DNA of 64,000 nt from an uncultured Chitinophagaceae bacterium (lineage in GTDB: Bacteria; Bacteroidota; Bacteroidia; Chitinophagales; Chitinophagaceae): the NCBI GenBank assembly GCA_964409905.1, contig CAYPET010000003.1:43613-107612 (forward strand), written 5' to 3'. The notes below the pieces were generated by a model. It was given only the letters and a program-made list of their open reading frames with translations. It made no database searches and was not told the origin of the DNA. A program made the position numbers and the translations under genes. This document shows, in pieces, positions 59,476 to 64,000 of the stretch. Position 1 is the first letter of the stretch; the number at the start of each line of letters is the position of its first letter.

Positions 59476-59673
59476 AAAAGACCTGGATCATTATCAGAGG
59501 ATAAAGTGGATGCTGTTGTCTATGATATGACGGGCAGAATCATGTTTGAATTGCGCAATATTGAATTATTCAGTACCATCTCATTTGGTGACAATTTTGC
59601 TCCCGGCATGTATGTCATCAATGTAATTCAAGGAGACAATAATAAATCTATGAGAATCATGAAAATGAAATAA
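59476..59673 (+). pseudogene. Orphan remnant of a T9SS C-terminal sorting domain (the rest of the cargo gene is missing)
   Basis: The open frame encodes ...VDAVVYDMTGRIMFELRNIELFSTISFGDNFAPGMYVINVIQGDNNKSMRIMKMK-stop, which matches the distal half of Por_Secre_tail. A stop codon lies at 59473 and no upstream coding continues in any frame. Confidence 0.55.
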
Positions 59674-59696
59674 GGTGATTCGTTTAGCATTGTAAG

Positions 59697-59725
59697 GACT
59701 ACCCCTCTGGGGTAGTCTTTTTTTT
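59697..59725 (+). terminator. Rho-independent terminator
   Basis: Stem gactacccc/ggggtagtc, 3-nt loop, then 8 T. It overlaps the stop codon of convergent hemW. Confidence 0.75.
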
Positions 59726-60845
59726 AAATAAATAAATCTGCAGTTATTGCATCACAGAAAAGTTTGCCCTGCCGAGTAAGCAAGAGGTGTTCGTAAGTAA
59801 GCGTTACCAAACCTTCACGCTCCAGGCTATTGGCCTTTTTCAATAAGGTTGCATATTGAAATGGAGTACTTTTTGATTTATATGCAGCCAAAGACAAGCC
59901 TTCGGATACGCGCAATCGCAGCATCACCATTTCGTTTAATAAATCAACCTCACTAAGTGTTTCAAATTGCTGATAGGGCAAGCCCTGGTGCATTGCTTTT
60001 GTATAAGCTGCGTTGTTGGCAATATTCCATGAACGTTGGTTGTGAAAATATGAATGCGCTCCAGGCCCAAAGCCCAGATACGGTTCGCCAGACCAATACT
60101 GGCTATTATGTATCGCCCGAAAACCCTTTTTAGCATAGCTCGATATTTCATAATGTTCGTAACCTGCCGCTGGTAGTTGTTGCATCAAATAATTAAACTG
60201 CCTGGCCCCTTGCTCCGGGTTCATTGGTTTTTCTTTTCCCTTTTTTATAAAACTATCTAAAGCGGTTTGAGGCTCTAAAGTCATGCCGTAGATGGAAACA
60301 TGCGGAGTACCAATGGTAATCAACCTATTCACGTTGAGGGCAAGTTTGGTATCGTCAAGCATAGGGTATCCATAAATCAAATCAACAGTATAGTTGGTAA
60401 AATGTTGGTGTATTCGTTCAATACTTTCTGCAGCTTTGGCACTATCATGCGAACGATTCATGTATTGCAAATCTTCGTCAAAAAAACTTTGCACACCAAG
60501 ACTAACCCGGGTAAAGCCCAGGTCTTTAAGCTGGGTTATTTTTTCATCACTGACATCATCAGGGTTCATTTCGATAGTCACTTCTTGCAAATTATCACAT
60601 AAATAATGCTGCCTGACGGCCCCAAGTAGGGCTGCCAACTCCGGAATAGTCAATATGCCCGGTGTCCCGCCACCGAAATAGATGGTGTCAATTTGCTGAT
60701 GTAATAAAACATCGCTTCGCAGCCTTATTTCATTCAATAAAGCCTTTAAAAGTTCGTTTTTATACTTTAAAGTTGTTGAAAAATGAAAATTACAATAGTG
60801 GCAGGCTTTTTTACAAAAAGGAATGTGTATATATACGCCTGCCAT
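59724..60845 (-). CDS. hemW: Radical SAM heme chaperone HemW (HemN-like, oxygen-independent coproporphyrinogen oxidase family)
   Basis: YIHIPFCKKACHYCNF cluster motif, GGGTP, and a HemN C-terminal domain. Confidence 0.92.
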   Translation of the reverse strand: MAGVYIHIPFCKKACHYCNFHFSTTLKYKNELLKALLNEIRLRSDVLLHQQIDTIYFGGGTPGILTIPELAALLGAVRQHYLCDNLQEVTIEMNPDDVSDEKITQLKDLGFTRVSLGVQSFFDEDLQYMNRSHDSAKAAESIERIHQHFTNYTVDLIYGYPMLDDTKLALNVNRLITIGTPHVSIYGMTLEPQTALDSFIKKGKEKPMNPEQGARQFNYLMQQLPAAGYEHYEISSYAKKGFRAIHNSQYWSGEPYLGFGPGAHSYFHNQRSWNIANNAAYTKAMHQGLPYQQFETLSEVDLLNEMVMLRLRVSEGLSLAAYKSKSTPFQYATLLKKANSLEREGLVTLTYEHLLLTRQGKLFCDAITADLFI

Positions 60846-60870
60846 TTAATGTGTTAATTTGTAGAAGAAA

Positions 60871-62661
60871 GTGAAAGGTACTGCGCAATATTTTTTTATC
60901 TTATTTCTTCTGTGCTTGTGTTGGCCGGCAGAGGAAACAATGGCGCAATCTTTTCACCTAGAGTTGTTGGGTAACGAAGCTGCTGAATTTGAAGAACAAG
61001 TTGAAATCCCTAAAAAATATAATGACTACTTGCAGGCATTTACCGCAGTGAACAACGCTCTCCAAACGGTATACAAAAAGGGGTTTATCACAGCTGCTGC
61101 TGACTCTATTTGGTTAACAAATGACACCGTATATGTCAGCATATTTTTGGGCAAGGTGTACCAATGGGCACAGCTCAAGACCAGTAATATACCCGCGCAC
61201 TTACTCCGACTGAGCGGTTACGAAGAAAAAACCATCTTCAATAAACCCATCAAGCCAAGTCTTTTAAGCACAATTATGGAAAAGATGATTCGTTATTATG
61301 AAAATAACGGATACCCCTTTGCCACTGCTTTTTTGGATAGTGTAAGCTTCGACAATGGCAGAGTAAGTGCCAACCTGCAAGTAAAGCAAGGCCCTTTAAT
61401 TATTATTGATACCATAATATTAAATGATGATGCAGGTACAGAAAAGAATTTTATAACAAATTATTTAGGTATAAAGGAAGGTGCATTATACGATGAAAGT
61501 AAAATTAGAAGCATCAGTCAGCTTATCCGCGAGCTTCCCTTTCTGGAAGAATCGTACCCTTGGAAGATATATTTTGGAGCCAAAGAAACTCGCATAAACT
61601 TGTATTTGAAAAACAAATCAGCAAATCGAGCGGACGTACTTATTGGTTTATTACCCAACAATTTGGAAATCGGGAATAAATTTCTACTGACCGGCGATAT
61701 CAAATTTGCTTTTGTCAATGCATTGGAGCGTGGGGAACGCATTGAGGTAAACTGGCAAAATTTACAATTTCAATCACCACGGCTGGTCGCCTCGGCTAGT
61801 TACCCCTATCTGCTCAATACGCAGATAGGCATATCTGGCAATTTTGACTACTACAAAAAAGACACCTCATTCCGCACTGTAAATGGTGAGCTAGGTTTTA
61901 TTTATCAGTTTAATGCTCGGGATCAGCTGAAGGCATTTTATGAAACGGGTAGCACACGACTCATCACCGTAAACACAAGCTCCCTAATCAGTACTCGCCG
62001 ACTGCCTGAGAATGCTGATATACGCACACGAAGTTTCGGACTGGCGGGGGGGCTGAGTCGCGTTGATTATCGGTTGAACCCGCGCAGAGGCTGGCTACTG
62101 CAATTTAAAGGAGCTGCGAGTATTAGAGACTTTCTAAAGAACAGCACTATCGAATCTACCTTTGACCCGATTCGTGGAGAGAATTTCAGCTATCTGTATG
62201 ATAGCCTGGCACTGCGTTCTTATCGATTTCAACTTTCGGGTGTTGCGGCCTGCTTTCTTCCCTTAGGTCGGCGGTTTACCTTAAGTGTGCAATACAACGG
62301 CGGTGTCATGCTGAGTGAACAACAGCTATATCGAAATGAAATATTTCAGATTGGCGGATTTCGCCTGCTTCGTGGGTTTGATGAAGGCAGTTTGTTTGTA
62401 AACAATTACCAAATAGGCACTATCGAACCGCGTTATTTATTGTCGCAGAATTCTTATTTTTTTCTTTTCTCGGATGTCGGTTTTATAGGCCGCAATTACC
62501 CTGGTCTTAATAGGCGGGACACCCCATACAGTCTTGGGTTAGGAATGGTTTTCGAAACTAAGGCAGGTTTGTTTAATATGGCTTATGCTGCCGGCGCTTT
62601 GGAAGGAGGCATACAATTTAGGAATTCTAAAATACACTTTGGGTATGTAAATTTCTTTTGA
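60871..62661 (+). CDS. Omp85-superfamily outer-membrane protein (BamA/TamA/TpsB-like, about 600 aa)
   Basis: Signal peptide, POTRA-like N-terminal segments, the loop-6 LRGF motif (GGFRLLRGFDEG), and a C-terminal aromatic beta-signal (GYVNFF). GTG start. Confidence 0.7.
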   Translation: MKGTAQYFFILFLLCLCWPAEETMAQSFHLELLGNEAAEFEEQVEIPKKYNDYLQAFTAVNNALQTVYKKGFITAAADSIWLTNDTVYVSIFLGKVYQWAQLKTSNIPAHLLRLSGYEEKTIFNKPIKPSLLSTIMEKMIRYYENNGYPFATAFLDSVSFDNGRVSANLQVKQGPLIIIDTIILNDDAGTEKNFITNYLGIKEGALYDESKIRSISQLIRELPFLEESYPWKIYFGAKETRINLYLKNKSANRADVLIGLLPNNLEIGNKFLLTGDIKFAFVNALERGERIEVNWQNLQFQSPRLVASASYPYLLNTQIGISGNFDYYKKDTSFRTVNGELGFIYQFNARDQLKAFYETGSTRLITVNTSSLISTRRLPENADIRTRSFGLAGGLSRVDYRLNPRRGWLLQFKGAASIRDFLKNSTIESTFDPIRGENFSYLYDSLALRSYRFQLSGVAACFLPLGRRFTLSVQYNGGVMLSEQQLYRNEIFQIGGFRLLRGFDEGSLFVNNYQIGTIEPRYLLSQNSYFFLFSDVGFIGRNYPGLNRRDTPYSLGLGMVFETKAGLFNMAYAAGALEGGIQFRNSKIHFGYVNFF

Positions 62662-62702
62662 TCAAAACTTGTTCCGATAAAATTTTATTTACAGTTCTCC
62701 AA

Positions 62703-62729
62703 CAAAAAACGCTGCCTTAAAGCAGCGTT
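62703..62729 (-). terminator. Rho-independent terminator of the LRR gene
   Basis: Stem aacgctgc/gcagcgtt with a 6-nt loop. On the minus strand it is followed by a T-run (plus-strand aaaaaa at 62704..62709). Confidence 0.65.
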
Positions 62730-62750
62730 ATAATTGTGTCGTTACAACAT

Positions 62751-63827
62751 TTATTGCAACAACTTAAATATTTTTTCTTGCTCCTTTTGAGGCAATGGGT
62801 TGCCTGAGTATGAGAAGTTAATTAATTTTTTCAATGCTCCCAAGCCGTCAGGAATATTTTGAATTTGATTATTACTCACGTTCAATTGTTCCAATGAGCG
62901 CATCATTGCTATTTCCTCAGGCAAATTTACCAGGGTGTTATTGCTTAAATCAACGTTTGTTAATTTGGTCATAGCTGTAAGTTCCATAGGGAAATCTACT
63001 AGTCCGTTATTGGCCATGTCTAACTCACGCAAAGACTTTAAATTGCTAAAAGATGTGGGCAATGCGTAAATATGGTTACCGATACTATTGGCAGTTCCTA
63101 AAACAAGTTTTTCTAACTTTTTCAAATCACCAATTTCTTCAGGTAAAAAGCGAAGATTGTTCCCACTCACATCCAGCACTTCAAGATTAGTTAGTTTGCC
63201 AATAGAAGCAGGCAAATAGTTTAACTTCTTGTTGCTTAAGTCTAAATGTGTCAAATGCTTCATTCGGCGTAGCAAGTCAAAAAGTACATTGGGGTCTCCT
63301 GCTTCGCTGCCGCTAACACGAAAGTTGGTTAGTGAAGGCAAGTCATTAATTTCATCAGGTAAAAAATTTATTGGATTACCTGTTAAGTCAAGCACTTCGA
63401 GGTTTTTACAATTCACTATTGCATTCGGTACGGATTGCAACTGGTTATTGCGAACAATTATCTTGCGCAATTTTGGCATATCACCTAGTGTTACTGGCAA
63501 GCGCTTGATGCTGTTGTTTGACAAGTTTAAAACTTCGAGGTTCTCAAGCAGATAAATATCGGTTGGAAGTTCTTTAATATCCGAATTTTGAATCGCCAAG
63601 TAACGCAAATTGCGGTAGCGTAATATCTCCATTGGAAATTCGGTAAAATATTGACTCGTCAAGTTTAATTGTCTGACACAGTTATAGTCGTAGGATGCGG
63701 AGGGTAATTTTAGATACACCTTATCTGCATCGCAAGGGTCTGCAAGCGGATAATAAGTTTGGGCATCAGCCGCCAAACAACCGACCAAAACAAATATGCT
63801 TAATAAATACTTCTTCATTCTATTCAT
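62751..63827 (-). CDS. Secreted leucine-rich-repeat (LRR) protein
   Basis: Signal peptide (MKKYLLSIFVLVGCLAADA) followed by about 12 tandem ~23-aa LxxLxxLxLxxNxLxxLP units. Start is 63827 or 63818 (ATG); the track uses a TTG at 63839. Confidence 0.8.
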   Translation of the reverse strand: MNRMKKYLLSIFVLVGCLAADAQTYYPLADPCDADKVYLKLPSASYDYNCVRQLNLTSQYFTEFPMEILRYRNLRYLAIQNSDIKELPTDIYLLENLEVLNLSNNSIKRLPVTLGDMPKLRKIIVRNNQLQSVPNAIVNCKNLEVLDLTGNPINFLPDEINDLPSLTNFRVSGSEAGDPNVLFDLLRRMKHLTHLDLSNKKLNYLPASIGKLTNLEVLDVSGNNLRFLPEEIGDLKKLEKLVLGTANSIGNHIYALPTSFSNLKSLRELDMANNGLVDFPMELTAMTKLTNVDLSNNTLVNLPEEIAMMRSLEQLNVSNNQIQNIPDGLGALKKLINFSYSGNPLPQKEQEKIFKLLQ

Positions 63828-63885
63828 CAGGTTTTTCAAGGTCTAAATATAATTTAACTTTTGAAATAAAGGAGTAGGAATAGGA

Positions 63886-64000
63886 TTATTTATACATTTT
63901 TACGATGCCTTTGGTTGGATTCCTGGGGTTTTTATACGCTATCATGTCAATGCGGACACTGCCAACCAATATGGGTGTTTCTACATGCACTGGCACTTTA
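63886..64000 (-). CDS. C-terminal 38 codons of an unidentified gene that continues beyond the window
   Basis: The minus-strand frame is open from the window edge to a TAA (63886..63888) and reads ...KVPVHVETPILVGSVRIDMIAYKNPRNPTKGIVKMYK-stop. Too short to identify. Confidence 0.3.
   Translation of the reverse strand, partial: KVPVHVETPILVGSVRIDMIAYKNPRNPTKGIVKMYK

Noticed and set aside
53921-59723. Hypothesis that the genes downstream of ssrA (two TMTC-like genes, chrA, the CTD remnant) form a tmRNA-integrated genomic island.
   Set aside because: I found no integrase or recombinase, no direct repeat of the tmRNA 3' end by eye at the far boundary, and no obvious compositional break. The idea remains untested rather than supported.

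Overview
The window reads as a core chromosomal region of a Bacteroidota genome (low-to-mid GC by eye). The lineage call rests on gldB, a porT-like gene, T9SS C-terminal sorting domains, and the Bacteroidota-style division/cell-wall cluster mraZ-rsmH-ftsL-ftsI-murE-mraY-murD-ftsW-murG-murC-ftsQ-ftsA-ftsZ, which lacks murF and ddl (23491..39728, minus strand). Other housekeeping genes are groES/groEL, nadE, purS, nadK, engB, ubiE/menG, recG, rseP, dxr, acpP-fabF-rnc, hemW, chrA and one tmRNA (ssrA, 53543..53921). I count about 56 CDS. I saw no rRNA, tRNA, CRISPR array, transposase, integrase or phage gene, and no recognisable defence or toxin-antitoxin module. Honest verdict: this is mostly ordinary core genome, and I found no compelling mobile or defence-type novel system. 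The candidates most worth a second look are: (1) an ECF sigma operon whose second gene appears to span the whole envelope (cytoplasmic N-terminus, one TM helix, about 260 aa of low-complexity linker, C-terminal outer-membrane beta-barrel) and is translationally coupled to a double-PKD protein (46882..50800); (2) two tandem paralogous TMTC-like GT-C glycosyltransferase/TPR membrane proteins directly abutting the tmRNA gene (53930..58067); (3) a secreted Cys/Lys-rich repeat protein of unknown family (6827..7147); (4) a single-POTRA Omp85 protein in an operon with two propeller-like exported proteins (13252..16508). Smaller observations are an unlisted 58-aa lipoprotein ORF, an in-frame TGA with a coding-like extension, an orphan T9SS sorting-domain remnant, and repeat structure in the mraZ/recG control region. 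All family calls come from reading the supplied translations and motifs, not from database searches. Several start codons were moved to the first ATG that gives a sensible N-terminus, because the ORF track also starts ORFs at TTG and GTG.
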